A DNA stretch of 64,000 nucleotides from Auanema rhodensis (Eukaryota > Animalia > Nematoda): positions 10,292,001 through 10,356,000 of the forward strand of contig OZ059899.1 in NCBI GenBank assembly GCA_964057225.1, given 5' to 3'. Positions 25,423 to 39,969 of this stretch are shown here, piece after piece. Each line of letters opens with the position of its first letter. The stretch's first letter is position 1. The notes beneath the pieces were generated by a model, which searched no databases, had not been told where the DNA came from, and saw only the letters and a program-made list of their open reading frames with translations. Made by a program: the position numbers and the translations under genes.

Positions 25423-27194
25423 TAAATTTTTTTCATTTCACTTGTCATTTACAAAAATTAAATTTATCTTCTTCAACGATTATTTTTGCAATGTGTCATA
25501 AAAATTTCACAGTTGAACAAAAAGTTTTTTGAGAATTTTTTTTGTTGTCAACATATATATTTTCCTGGAATTCGAAAGCATTTGGGATGGAAATTAGAAA
25601 GAAAAGAACTAGTTTTTCCTATTTTAAAACAAACAAAAAAAAATAAAATGAAAAAGATTGTTAGATATCCAATTTAAACTTATACATTTACTTCGATAAA
25701 GAGCCTATTAGTTTGAAATTTTATGTCTTACAGTTCTCCAACAGAACAGACTGATCCTGATTTCTCTATGATTATATAAAACTCTCGTTTGATATAAAAA
25801 AAGAAGAGGAATAACGTTTCCAGGATGTCAATGATATCGAATCTAGTGATATTGTAGAAAAATGTAATGTCAGCTCCATAGGTTTTCTCTTAATTTCTCT
25901 CATCACAATTGTCTTAGTTTTTTTTCTCATAAGAGTTTCTGAAATCTTAGGTGAACAAGGCCGTATATATTTTTTTCTGGAATTCGAAAGCATTTGGGAT
26001 GGAAATTAGAAAGAAAAGAACTAGTTTTTCCTACTTTAAAACAAACAATAAGAAATAAAATAAAAAAGATTGTTAGATATCCAATTTAAACTTATACATT
26101 TACTTCGATAAAGAGCCTATTAGTTTGAAATTTTATGTCTTACAGTTCTCCAACAGAACAGACTGATCCTGATTTCTCTATGATTATATAAAACTCTCGT
26201 TTGATATAAAAAAAGAAGAGGAATAACGTTTCCAGGATGTCAATGATATCGAATCTAGTGATATTGTAGAAAAATGTAATGTCAGCTCCATAGGTTTTCT
26301 CTTAATTTCTCTCATCACAATTGTCTTAGTTTTTTTTCTCATAAGAGTTTCTGAAATCTTAGGTGAACAAGGCCGTATATATTTTTTTCTGGAATTCGAA
26401 AGCATTTGGGATGGAAATTAGAAAGAAAAGAACTAGTTTTTCCTACTTTAAAACAAACAATAAGAAATAAAATAAAAAAGATTGTTAGATATCCAATTTA
26501 AACTTATACATTTACTTCGATAAAGAGCCTATTAGTTTGAAATTTTATGTCTTACAGTTCTCCAACAGAACAGACTGATCCTGATTTCTCTATGATTATA
26601 TAAAACTCTCGTTTGATATAAAAAAAGAAGAGGAATAACGTTTCCAGGATGTCAATGATATCGAATCTAGTGATATTGTAGAAAAATGTAATGTCAGCTC
26701 CATAGGTTTTCTCTTAATTTCTCTCATCACAATTGTCTTAGTTTTTTTTCTCATAAGAGTTTCTGAAATCTTAGGTGAACAAGGCCGTATATATTTTTTT
26801 CTGGAATTCGAAAGCATTTGGGATGGAAATTAGAAAGAAAAGAACTAGTTTTTCCTACTTTAAAACAAACAATAAGAAATAAAATAAAAAAGATTGTTAG
26901 ATATCCAATTTAAACTTATACATTTATTTCGATAAAGAGCCTATTAGTTTGAAATTTTATGTCTTACAGTTCTCCAACAGAACAGACTGATCCTGATTTC
27001 TCTATGATTACATAAAACTCTCGTTTGATATAAAAAAAGAAGAGGAATAACGTTTCCAGGATGTCAATGATATCGAATCTAGTGATATTGTAGAAAAATG
27101 TAATGTCAGCTCCATAGGTTTTCTCTTAATTTCTCTCATCACAATTGTCTTAGTTTTTTTTCTCATAAGAGTTTCTGAAATCTTAGGTGAACAA

Positions 27195-27267
27195 GGCCGC
27201 GTGGCGCAATGGATAACGCGTCTGCCTACGGAGCAGAAGATTGTAGGTTCGAATCCTGCCGTGGTCG
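27195..27267 (+). tRNA. tRNA-Arg(ACG), copy 7
   Basis: Identical 73-nt gene plus T7. Confidence 0.97.
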
Positions 27268-28215
27268 TAAATTTTTTTCATTTCACTTGTCATTTACAAA
27301 AATTAAATTTATCTTCTTCAACGATTATTTTTGCAATGTGTCATAAAAATTTCACAGTTGAACAAAAAGTTTTTTGAGAATTTTTTTTGTTGTCAACATA
27401 TATATTTTCCTGGAATTCGAAAGCATTTGGGATGGAAATTAGAAAGAAAAGAACTAGTTTTTCCTATTTTAAAACAAACAAAAAAAAATAAAATGAAAAA
27501 GATTGTTAGATATCCAATTTAAACTTATACATTTACTTCGATAAAGAGCCTATTAGTTTGAAATTTTATGTCTTACAGTTCTCCAACAGAACAGACTGAT
27601 CCTGATTTCTCTATGATTATATAAAACTCTCGTTTGATATAAAAAAAGAAGAGGAATAACGTTTCCAGGATGTCAATGATATCGAATCTAGTGATATTGT
27701 AGAAAAATGTAATGTCAGCTCCATAGGTTTTCTCTTAATTTCTCTCATCACAATTGTCTTAGTTTTTTTTCTCATAAGAGTTTCTGAAATCTTAGGTGAA
27801 CAAGGCCGTATATATTTTTTTCTGGAATTCGAAAGCATTTGGGATGGAAATTAGAAAGAAAAGAACTAGTTTTTCCTACTTTAAAACAAACAATAAGAAA
27901 TAAAATAAAAAAGATTGTTAGATATCCAATTTAAACTTATACATTTACTTCGATAAAGAGCCTATTAGTTTGAAATTTTATGTCTTACAGTTCTCCAACA
28001 GAACAGACTGATCCTGATTTCTCTATGATTACATAAAACTCTCGTTTGATATAAAAAAAGAAGAGGAATAACGTTTCCAGGATGTCAATGATATCGAATC
28101 TAGTGATATTGTAGAAAAATGTAATGTCAGCTCCATAGGTTTTCTCTTAATTTCTCTCATCACAATTGTCTTAGTTTTTTTTCTCATAAGAGTTTCTGAA
28201 ATCTTAGGTGAACAA

Positions 28216-28288
28216 GGCCGCGTGGCGCAATGGATAACGCGTCTGCCTACGGAGCAGAAGATTGTAGGTTCGAATCCTGCCGTGGTCG
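28216..28288 (+). tRNA. tRNA-Arg(ACG), copy 8
   Basis: Identical 73-nt gene plus T7. Confidence 0.97.
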
Positions 28289-29237
28289 TAAATTTTTTTC
28301 ATTTCACTTGTCATTTACAAAAATTAAATTTATCTTCTTCAACGATTATTTTTGCAATGTGTCATAAAAATTTCACAGTTGAACAAAAAGTTTTTTGAGA
28401 ATTTTTTTTGTTGTCAACATATATATTTTCCTGGAATTCGAAAGCATTTGGGATGGAAATTAGAAAGAAAAGAACTAGTTTTTCCTATTTTAAAACAAAC
28501 AAAAAAAAAATAAAATGAAAAAGATTGTTAGATATCCAATTTAAACTTATACATTTACTTCGATAAAGAGCCTATTAGTTTGAAATTTTATGTCTTACAG
28601 TTCTCCAACAGAACAGACTGATCCTGATTTCTCTATGATTACATAAAACTCTCGTTTGATATACAAAAAGGAGAGGAATAACGTGTCCAGGATATCAATG
28701 ATATCGAATCTAGTGATATTGTAGAAAAATGTAATGTCAGCTCCATAGGTTTTCTCTTAATTTCTCTCATCACAATTGTCTTAGTTTTTTTTCTCATAAG
28801 AGTTTCTGAAATCTTAGGTGAACAAGGCCGTATCTATTTTTTTCTGGAATTCGAAAGCATTTGGGATGGATATTAGAAGGAAAAGAACTAGTTTTTCCTA
28901 CTTTAAAACAAACAATAAGAAATAAAATAAAAAAGATTGTTAGATATCCAATTTAAACTTATACATTTACTTCGATAAAGAGCCTATTAGTTTGAAATTT
29001 TATGTCTTACAGTTCTCCAACAGAACAGACTGATCCTGATTTCTCTATGATTACATAGAACTCTCGTTTGATATAAAAAAAGAAGAGGAATAACGTTTCC
29101 AGGATGTCAATGATATCGAATCTAGTGATATTGTAGAAAAATGTAATGTCAGCTCCATAGGTTTTCTCTTAATTTCTCTCATCACAATTGTCTTAGTTTT
29201 TTTTCTCATAAGAGTTTCTGAAATCTTAGGTGAACAA

Positions 29238-29310
29238 GGCCGCGTGGCGCAATGGATAACGCGTCTGCCTACGGAGCAGAAGATTGTAGGTTCGAATCCT
29301 GCCGTGGTCG
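29238..29310 (+). tRNA. tRNA-Arg(ACG), copy 9
   Basis: Identical 73-nt gene plus T7. Confidence 0.97.
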
Positions 29311-31082
29311 TAAATTTTTTTCATTTCACTTGTCATTTACAAAAATTAAATTTATCTTCTTCAACGATTATTTTTGCAATGTGTCATAAAAATTTCACAG
29401 TTGAACAAAAAGTTTTTTGAGAATTTTTTTTGTTGTCAACATATATATTTTCCTGGAATTCGAAAGCATTTGGGATGGAAATTAGAAAGAAAAGAACTAG
29501 TTTTTCCTACTTTAAAACAAACAATAAGAAATAAAATAAAAAAGATTGTTAGATATCCAATTTAAACTTATACATTTACTTCGATAAAGAGCCTATTAGT
29601 TTGAAATTTTATGTCTTACAGTTCTCCAACAGAACAGACTGATCCTGATTTCTCTATGATTATATAAAACTCTCGTTTGATATAAAAAAAGAAGAGGAAT
29701 AACGTTTCCAGGATGTCAATGATATCGAATCTAGTGATATTGTAGAAAAATGTAATGTCAGCTCCATAGGTTTTCTCTTAATTTCTCTCATCACAATTGT
29801 CTTAGTTTTTTTTCTCATAAGAGTTTCTGAAATCTTAGGTGAACAAGGCCGTATATATTTTTTTCTGGAATTCGAAAGCATTTGGGATGGAAATTAGAAA
29901 GAAAAGAACTAGTTTTTCCTACTTTAAAACAAACAATAAGAAATAAAATAAAAAAGATTGTTAGATATCCAATTTAAACTTATACATTTACTTCGATAAA
30001 GAGCCTATTAGTTTGAAATTTTATGTCTTACAGTTCTCCAACAGAACAGACTGATCCTGATTTCTCTATGATTACATAAAACTCTCGTTTGATATAAAAA
30101 AAGAAGAGGAATAACGTTTCCAGGATGTCAATGATATCGAATCTAGTGATATTGTAGAAAAATGTAATGTCAGCTCCATAGGTTTTCTCTTAATTTCTCT
30201 CATCACAATTGTCTTAGTTTTTTTTCTCATAAGAGTTTCTGAAATCTTAGGTGAACAAGGCCGTATATATTTTTTTCTGGAATTCGAAAGCATTTGGGAT
30301 GGAAATTAGAAAGAAAAGAACTAGTTTTTCCTACTTTAAAACAAACAATAAGAAATAAAATAAAAAAGATTGTTAGATATCCAATTTAAACTTATACATT
30401 TACTTCGATAAAGAGCCTATTAGTTTGAAATTTTATGTCTTACAGTTCTCCAACAGAACAGACTGATCCTGATTTCTCTATGATTATATAAAACTCTCGT
30501 TTGATATAAAAAAAGAAGAGGAATAACGTTTCCAGGATGTCAATGATATCGAATCTAGTGATATTGTAGAAAAATGTAATGTCAGCTCCATAGGTTTTCT
30601 CTTAATTTCTCTCATCACAATTGTCTTAGTTTTTTTTCTCATAAGAGTTTCTGAAATCTTAGGTGAACAAGGCCGTATATATTTTTTTCTGGAATTCGAA
30701 AGCATTTGGGATGGAAATTAGAAAGAAAAGAACTAGTTTTTCCTACTTTAAAACAAACAATAAGAAATAAAATAAAGAAGATTGTTAGATATCCAATTTA
30801 AACTTATACATTTACTTCGATAAAGAGCCTATTAGTTTGAAATTTTATGTCTTACAGTTCTCCAACAGAACAGACTGATCCTGATTTCTCTATGATTACA
30901 TAAAACTCTCGTTTGATATAAAAAAAGAAGAGGAATAACGTTTCCAGGATGTCAATGATATCGAATCTAGTGATATTGTAGAAAAATGTAATGTCAGCTC
31001 CATAGGTTTTCTCTTAATTTCTCTCATCACAATTGTCTTAGTTTTTTTTCTCATAAGAGTTTCTGAAATCTTAGGTGAACAA

Positions 31083-31155
31083 GGCCGCGTGGCGCAATGG
31101 ATAACGCGTCTGCCTACGGAGCAGAAGATTGTAGGTTCGAATCCTGCCGTGGTCG
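31083..31155 (+). tRNA. tRNA-Arg(ACG), copy 10
   Basis: Identical 73-nt gene plus T7. Confidence 0.97.
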
Positions 31156-34100
31156 TAAATTTTTTTCATTTCACTTGTCATTTACAAAAATTAAATTTAT
31201 CTTCTTCAACGATTATTTTTGCAATGTGTCATAAAAATTTCACAGTTGAACAAAAAGTTTTTTGAGAATTTTTTTTGTTGTCAACATATATATTTTCCTG
31301 GAATTCGAAAGCATTTGGGATGGAAATTAGAAAGAAAAGAACTAGTTTTTCCTACTTTAAAACAAACAATAAGAAATAAAATAAAAAAGATTGTTAGATA
31401 TCCAATTTAAACTTATACATTTACTTCGATAAAGAGCCTATTAGTTTGAAATTTTATGTCTTACAGTTCTCCAACAGAACAGACTGATCCTGATTTCTCT
31501 ATGATTATATAAAACTCTCGTTTGATATAAAAAAAGAAGAGGAATAACGTTTCCAGGATGTCAATGATATCGAATCTAGTGATATTGTAGAAAAATGTAA
31601 TGTCAGCTCCATAGGTTTTCTCTTAATTTCTCTCATCACAATTGTCTTAGTTTTTTTTCTCATAAGAGTTTCTGAAATCTTAGGTGAACAAGGCCGTATA
31701 TATTTTTTTCTGGAATTCGAAAGCATTTGGGATGGAAATTAGAAAGAAAAGAACTAGTTTTTCCTACTTTAAAACAAACAATAAGAAATAAAATAAAAAA
31801 GATTGTTAGATATCCAATTTAAACTTATACATTTACTTCGATAAAGAGCCTATTAGTTTGAAATTTTATGTCTTACAGTTCTCCAACAGAACAGACTGAT
31901 CCTGATTTCTCTATGATTACATAAAACTCTCGTTTGATATAAAAAAAGAAGAGGAATAACGTTTCCAGGATGTCAATGATATCGAATCTAGTGATATTGT
32001 AGAAAAATGTAATGTCAGCTCCATAGGTTTTCTCTTAATTTCTCTCATCACAATTGTCTTAGTTTTTTTTCTCATAAGAGTTTCTGAAATCTTAGGTGAA
32101 CAAGGCCGTATATATTTTTTTCTGGAATTCGAAAGCATTTGGGATGGAAATTAGAAAGAAAAGAACTAGTTTTTCCTATTTTAAAACAAACAAAAAAAAA
32201 TAAAATGAAAAAGATTGTTAGATATCCAATTTAAACTTATACATTTACTTCGATAAAGAGCCTATTAGTTTGAAATTTTATGTCTTACAGTTCTCCAACA
32301 GAACAGACTGATCCTGATTTCTCTATGATTACATAAAACTCTCGTTTGATATACAAAAAGAAGAGGAATAACGTTTCCAGGATGTCAATGATATCGAATC
32401 TAGTGATATTGTAAAAAAATGTAATGTCAGCTCCATAGGTTTTCTCTTAATTTCTCTCATCACAATTGTCTTAGTTTTTTTTCTCATAAGAGTTTCTGAA
32501 ATCTTAGGTGAACAAGGCCGTATATATTTTTTTCTGGAATTCGAAAGCATTTGGGATGGAAATTAGAAAGAAAAGAACTAGTTTTTCCTACTTTAAAACA
32601 AACAATAAGAAATAAAATAAAAAAGATTGTTAAATATCCAATTTAAACTTATACATTTACTTCGATAAAGAGCCTATTAGTTTGAAATTTTATGTCTTAC
32701 AGTTCTCCAACAGAACAGACTGATCCTGATTTCTCTATGATTATATAAAACTCTCGTTTGATATAAAAAAAGAAGAGGAATAACGTTTCCAGGATGTCAA
32801 TGATATCGAATCTAGTGATATTGTAGAAAAATGTAATGTCAGCTCCATAGGTTTTCTCTTAATTTCTCTCATCACAATTGTCTTAGTTTTTTTTCTCATA
32901 AGAGTTTCTGAAATCTTAGGTGAACAAGGCCGTATATATTTTTTTCTGGAATTCGAAAGCATTTGGGATGGAAATTAGAAAGAAAAGAACTAGTTTTTCC
33001 TACTTTAAAACAAACAATAAGTAATAAAATAAAAAATATTGTTAGATATCCAATTTAAACTTATACATTTACTTCGATAAAGAGCCTATTAGTTTGAAAT
33101 TTTATGTCTTACAGTTCTCCAACAGAACAGACTGATCCTGATTTCTCTATGATTATATAAAACTCTCGTTTGATATAAAAAAAGAAGAGGAATAACGTTT
33201 CCAGGATGTCAATGATATCGAATCTAGTGATATTGTAGAAAAATGTAATGTCAGCTCCATAGGTTTTCTCTTAATTTCTCTCATCACAATTGTCTTAGTT
33301 TTTTTTCTCATAAGAGTTTCTGAAATCTTAGGTGAACAAGGCCGTATATATTTTTTTCTGGAATTCGAAAGCATTTGGGATGGAAATTAGAAAGAAAAGA
33401 ACTAGTTTTTCCTACTTTAAAACAAACAATAAGAAATAAAATAAAAAAGATTGTTAGATATCCAATTTAAACTTATACATTTACTTCGATAAAGAGCCTA
33501 TTAGTTTGAAATTTTATGTCTTACAGTTCTCCAACAGAACAGACTGATCCTGATTTCTCTATGATTACATAAAACTCTCGTTTGATATAAAAAAAAAAGA
33601 GGAATAACGTTTCCAGGATGTCAATGATATCGAATCTAGTGATATTGTAGAAAAATGTAATGTCAGCTCCATAGGTTTTCTCTTAATTTCTCTCATCACA
33701 ATTGTCTTAGTTTTTTTTCTCATAAGAGTTTCTGAAATCTTAGGTGAACAAGGCCGTATATATTTTTTTCTGGAATTCGAAAGCATTTGGGATGGAAATT
33801 AGAAAGAAAAGAACTAGTTTTTCCTACTTTAAAACAAACAATAAGAAATAAAATAAAAAAGATTGTTAGATATCCAATTTAAACTTATACATTTACTTCG
33901 ATAAAGAGCCTATTAGTTTGAAATTTTATGTCTTACAGTTCTCCAACAGAACAGACTGATCCTGATTTCTCTATGATTACATAAAACTCTCGTTTGATAT
34001 AAAAAAAGAAGAGGAATAACGTTTCCAGGATGTCAATGATATCGAATCTAGTGATATTGTAGAAAAATGTAATGTCAGCTCCATAGGTTTTCTCTTAATT

Positions 34101-34163
34101 TCTCTCATCACAATTGTCTTAGTTTTTTTTCTCATAAGAGTTTCTGAAATCTTAGGTGAACAA

Positions 34164-34236
34164 GGCCGCGTGGCGCAATGGATAACGCGTCTGCCTACGG
34201 AGCAGAAGATTGTAGGTTCGAATCCTGCCGTGGTCG
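34164..34236 (+). tRNA. tRNA-Arg(ACG), copy 11
   Basis: Identical 73-nt gene plus T7. Confidence 0.97.
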
Positions 34237-36421
34237 TAAATTTTTTTCATTTCACTTGTCATTTACAAAAATTAAATTTATCTTCTTCAACGATTATTTT
34301 TGCAATGTGTCATAAAAATTTCACAGTTGAACAAAAAGTTTTTTGAGAATTTTTTTTGTTGTCAACATATATATTTTCCTGGAATTCGAAAGCATTTGGG
34401 ATGGAAATTAGAAAGAAAAGAACTAGTTTTTCCTATTTTAAAACAAACAAAAAAAAAATAAAATGAAAAAGATTGTTAGATATCCAATTTAAACTTATAC
34501 ATTTACTTCGATAAAGAGCCTATTAGTTTGAAATTTTATGTCTTACAGTTCTCCAACAGAACAGACTGATCCTGATTTCTCTATGATTACATAAAACTCT
34601 CGTTTGATATAAAAAAAAAAGAGGAATAACGTTTCCAGGATGTCAATGATATCGAATCTAGTGATATTGTAGAAAAATGTAATGTCAGCTCCATAGGTTT
34701 TCTCTTAATTTCTCTCATCACAATTGTCTTAGTTTTTTTTCTCATAAGAGTTTCTGAAATCTTAGGTGAACAAGGCCGTATATATTTTTTTCTGGAATTC
34801 GAAAGCATTTCGGATGGAAATTAGAAAGAAAAGAACTAGTTTTTCCTACTTTAAAACAAACAATAAGAAATAAAATGAAAAAGATTGTTAGATATCCAAT
34901 TTAAACTTATACATTCACTTCGATAAAGAGCCTATTAGTTTGAAATTTTATGTCTTACAGTTCTCCAACAGAACAGACTGATCCTGATTTCTCTATGATT
35001 ACATAAAACTCTCGTTTGATATACAAAAAGGAGAGGAATAACGTGTCCAGGATATCAATGATATCGAATCTAGTGATATTGTAGAAAAATGTAATGTCAG
35101 CTCCATAGGTTTTCTCTTAATTTCTCTCATCACAATTGTCTTAGTTTTTTTTCTCATAAGAGTTTCTGAAATCTTAGGTGAACAAGGCCGTATCTATTTT
35201 TTTCTGGAATTCGAAAGCATTTGGGATGGATATTAGAAGGAAAAGAACTAGTTTTTCCTACTTTAAAACAAACAATAAGAAATAAAATAAAAAAGATTGT
35301 TAGATATCCAATTTAAACTTATACATTTACTTCGATAAAGAGCCTATTAGTTTGAAATTTTATGTCTTACAGTTCTCCAACAGAACAGACTGATCCTGAT
35401 TTCTCTATGATTACATAAAACTCTCGTTTGATATAAAAAAAGAAGAGGAATAACGTTTCCAGGATGTCAATGATATCGAATCTAGTGATATTGTAGAAAA
35501 ATGTAATGTCAGCTCCATAGGTTTTCTCTTAATTTCTCTCATCACAATTGTCTTAGTTTTTTTTCTCATAAGAGTTTCTGAAATCTTAGGTGAACAAGGC
35601 CGTATATATTTTTTTCTGGAATTCGAAAGCATTTCGGATGGAAATTAGAAAGAAAAGAACTAGTTTTTCCTACTTTAAAACAAACAATAAGAAATAAAAT
35701 GAAAAAGATTGTTAGATATCCAATTTAAACTTATACATTCACTTCGATAAAGAGCCTATTAGTTTGAAATTTTATGTCTTACAGTTCTCCAACAGAACAG
35801 ACTGATCCTGATTTCTCTATGATTACATAAAACTCTCGTTTGATATACAAAAAGGAGAGGAATAACGTGTCCAGGATATCAATGATATCGAATCTAGTGA
35901 TATTGTAGAAAAATGTAATGTCAGCTCCATAGGTTTTCTCTTAATTTCTCTCATCACAATTGTCTTAGTTTTTTTTCTCATAAGAGTTTCTGAAATCTTA
36001 GGTGAACAAGGCCGTATCTATTTTTTTCTGGAATTCGAAAGCATTTGGGATGGATATTAGAAGGAAAAGAACTAGTTTTTCCTACTTTAAAACAAACAAT
36101 AAGAAATAAAATAAAAAAGATTGTTAGATATCCAATTTAAACTTATACATTTACTTCGATAAAGAGCCTATTAGTTTGAAATTTTATGTCTTACAGTTCT
36201 CCAACAGAACAGACTGATCCTGATTTCTCTATGATTACATAAAACTCTCGTTTGATATAAAAAAAGAAGAGGAATAACGTTTCCAGGATGTCAATGATAT
36301 CGAATCTAGTGATATTGTAGAAAAATGTAATGTCAGCTCCATAGGTTTTCTCTTAATTTCTCTCATCACAATTGTCTTAGTTTTTTTTCTCATAAGAGTT
36401 TCTGAAATCTTAGGTGAACAA

Positions 36422-36494
36422 GGCCGCGTGGCGCAATGGATAACGCGTCTGCCTACGGAGCAGAAGATTGTAGGTTCGAATCCTGCCGTGGTCG
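36422..36494 (+). tRNA. tRNA-Arg(ACG), copy 12
   Basis: Identical 73-nt gene; trailer is CAAA-T7 instead of TAAA-T7. Confidence 0.97.
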
Positions 36495-37854
36495 CAAATT
36501 TTTTTCATTTCACTTGTCATTTACAAAAATTAAATTTATCTTCTTCAACGATTATTTTTGCAATGTGTCATAAAAATTTCACAGTTGAACAAAAAGTTTT
36601 TTGAGAATTTTTTTTGTTGTCAACATATATATTTTCCTGGAATTCGAAAGCATTTGGGATGGAAATTAGAAAGAAAAGAACTAGTTTTTCCTACTTTAAA
36701 ACAAACAATAAGAAATAAAATAAAAAAGATTGTTAGATATCCAATTTAAACTTATACATTTACTTCGATAAAGAGCCTATTAGTTTGAAATTTTATGTCT
36801 TACAGTTCTCCAACAGAACAGACTGATCCTGATTTCTCTATGATTACATAAAACTCTCGTTTGATATAAAAAAAGAAGAGGAATAACGTTTCCAGGATGT
36901 CAATGATATCGAATCTAGTGATATTGTAGAAAAATGTAATGTCAGCTCCATAGGTTTTCTCTTAATTTCTCTCATCACAATTGTCTTAGTTTTTTTTCTC
37001 ATAAGAGTTTCTGAAATCTTAGGTGAACAAGGCCGTATATATTTTTTTCTGGAATTCGAAAGCATTTGGGATGGAAATTAGAAAGAAAAGAACTAGTTTT
37101 TCCTACTTTAAAACAAACAATAAGAAATAAAATAAAAAAGATTGTTAGATATCCAATTTAAACTTATACATTTACTTCGATAAAGAGCCTATTAGTTTGA
37201 AATTTTATGTCTTACAGTTCTCCAACAGAACAGACTGATCCTGATTTCTCTATGATTACATAAAACTCTCGTTTGATATGAAAAAAGAAGAGGAATAACG
37301 TTTCCAGGATGTCAATGATATCGAATCTAGTGATATTGTAGAAAAATGTAATGTCAGCTCCATAGGTTTTCTCTTAATTTCTCTCATCACAATTGTCTTA
37401 GTTTTTTTTCTCATAAGAGTTTCTGAAATCTTAGGTGAACAAGGCCGTATATATTTTTTTCTGGAATTCGAAAGCATTTGGGATGGAAATTAGAAAGAAA
37501 AGAACTAGTTTTTCCTACTTTAAAACAAACAATAAGAAATAAAATAAAAAAGATTGTTAGATATCCAATTTAAACTTATACATTTACTTCGATAAAGAGC
37601 CTATTAGTTTGAAATTTTATGTCTTACAGTTCTCCAACAGAACAGACTGATCCTGATTTCTCTATGATTATATAAAACTCTCGTTTGATATAAAAAAAGA
37701 AGAGGAATAACGTTTCCAGGATGTCAATGATATCGAATCTAGTGATATTGTAGAAAAATGTAATGTCAGCTCCATAGGTTTTCTCTTAATTTCTCTCATC
37801 ACAATTGTCTTAGTTTTTTTTCTCATAAGAGTTTCTGAAATCTTAGGTGAACAA

Positions 37855-37927
37855 GGCCGCGTGGCGCAATGGATAACGCGTCTGCCTACGGAGCAGAAGA
37901 TTGTAGGTTCGAATCCTGCCGTGGTCG
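37855..37927 (+). tRNA. tRNA-Arg(ACG), copy 13
   Basis: Identical 73-nt gene plus T7. Confidence 0.97.
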
Positions 37928-38875
37928 TAAATTTTTTTCATTTCACTTGTCATTTACAAAAATTAAATTTATCTTCTTCAACGATTATTTTTGCAATGTG
38001 TCATAAAAATTTCACAGTTGAACAAAAAGTTTTTTGAGAATTTTTTTTGTTGTCAACATATATATTTTCCTGGAATTCGAAAGCATTTGGGATGGAAATT
38101 AGAAAGAAAAGAACTAGTTTTTCCTATTTTAAAACAAACAAAAAAAAATAAAATGAAAAAGATTGTTAGATATCCAATTTAAACTTATACATTTACTTCG
38201 ATAAAGAGCCTATTAGTTTGAAATTTTATGTCTTACAGTTCTCCAACAGAACAGACTGATCCTGATTTCTCTATGATTACATGAAACTCTCGTTTGATAT
38301 ACAAAAAGGAGAGGAATAACGTGTCCAGGATATCAATGATATCGAATCTAGTGATATTGTAGAAAAATGTAATGTCAGCTCCATAGGTTTTCTCTTAATT
38401 TCTCTCATCACAATTGTCTTAGTTTTTTTTCTCATAAGAGTTTCTGAAATCTTAGGTGAACAAGGCCGTATCTATTTTTTTCTGGAATTCGAAAGCATTT
38501 GGGATAAATATTAGAAGGAAAAGAACTAGTTTTTCCTACTTTAAAACAAACAATAAGAAATAAAATAAAAAAGATTGTTAGATATCCAATTTAAACTTAT
38601 ACATTTACTTCGATAAAGAGCCTATTAGTTTGAAATTTTATGTCTTACAGTTCTCCAACAGAACAGACTGATCCTGATTTCTCTATGATTACATAAAACT
38701 CTCGTTTGATATAAAAAAAGAAGAGGAATAACGTTTCCAGGATGTCAATGATATCGAATCTAGTGATATTGTAGAAAAATGTAATGTCAGCTCCATAGGT
38801 TTTCTCTTAATTTCTCTCATCACAATTGTCTTAGTTTTTTTTCTCATAAGAGTTTCTGAAATCTTAGGTGAACAA

Positions 38876-38948
38876 GGCCGCGTGGCGCAATGGATAACGC
38901 GTCTGCCTACGGAGCAGAAGATTGTAGGTTCGAATCCTGCCGTGGTCG
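38876..38948 (+). tRNA. tRNA-Arg(ACG), copy 14
   Basis: Identical 73-nt gene plus T7. Confidence 0.97.
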
Positions 38949-39896
38949 TAAATTTTTTTCATTTCACTTGTCATTTACAAAAATTAAATTTATCTTCTTC
39001 AACGATTATTTTTGCAATGTGTCATAAAAATTTCACAGTTGAACAAAAAGTTTTTTGAGAATTTTTTTTGTTGTCAACATATATATTTTCCTGGAATTCG
39101 AAAGCATTTGGGATGGAAATTAGAAAGAAAAGAACTAGTTTTTCCTACTTTAAAACAAACAATAAGAAATAAAATAAAAAAGATTGTTAGATATCCAATT
39201 TAAACTTATACATTTACTTCGATAAAGAGCCTATTAGTTTGAAATTTTATGTCTTACAGTTCTCCAACAGAACAGACTGATCCTGATTTCTCTATGATTA
39301 TATAAAACTCTCGTTTGATATAAAAAAAGAAGAGGAATAACGTTTCCAGGATGTCAATGATATCGAATCTAGTGATATTGTAGAAAAATGTAATGTCAGC
39401 TCCATAGGTTTTCTCTTAATTTCTCTCATCACAATTGTCTTAGTTTTTTTTCTCATAAGAGTTTCTGAAATCTTAGGTGAACAAGGCCGTATATATTTTT
39501 TTCTGGAATTCGAAAGCATTTGGGATGGAAATTAGAAAGAAAAGAACTAGTTTTTCCTACTTTAAAACAAACAATAAGAAATAAAATAAAAAAGATTGTT
39601 AGATATCCAATTTAAACTTATACATTTACTTCGATAAAGAGCCTATTAGTTTGAAATTTTATGTCTTACAGTTCTCCAACAGAACAGACTGATCCTGATT
39701 TCTCTATGATTACATAAAACTCTCGTTTGATATAAAAAAAGAAGAGGAATAACGTTTCCAGGATGTCAATGATATCGAATCTAGTGATATTGTAGAAAAA
39801 TGTAATGTCAGCTCCATAGGTTTTCTCTTAATTTCTCTCATCACAATTGTCTTAGTTTTTTTTCTCATAAGAGTTTCTGAAATCTTAGGTGAACAA

Positions 39897-39969
39897 GGCC
39901 GCGTGGCGCAATGGATAACGCGTCTGCCTACGGAGCAGAAGATTGTAGGTTCGAATCCTGCCGTGGTCG
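39897..39969 (+). tRNA. tRNA-Arg(ACG), copy 15
   Basis: Identical 73-nt gene plus T7. Confidence 0.97.

Larger units (their letters stand above)
19930..26010. repeat. Higher-order duplication, offset 3274 bp (7 monomers, 2 L)
   Basis: A 4-bp deletion (GAGCC^AGTTTG) at 20590 and 23864 and GAACCAGT at ~20494/~23768. 3274 = 2x609 + 408 + 4x412. Confidence 0.85.
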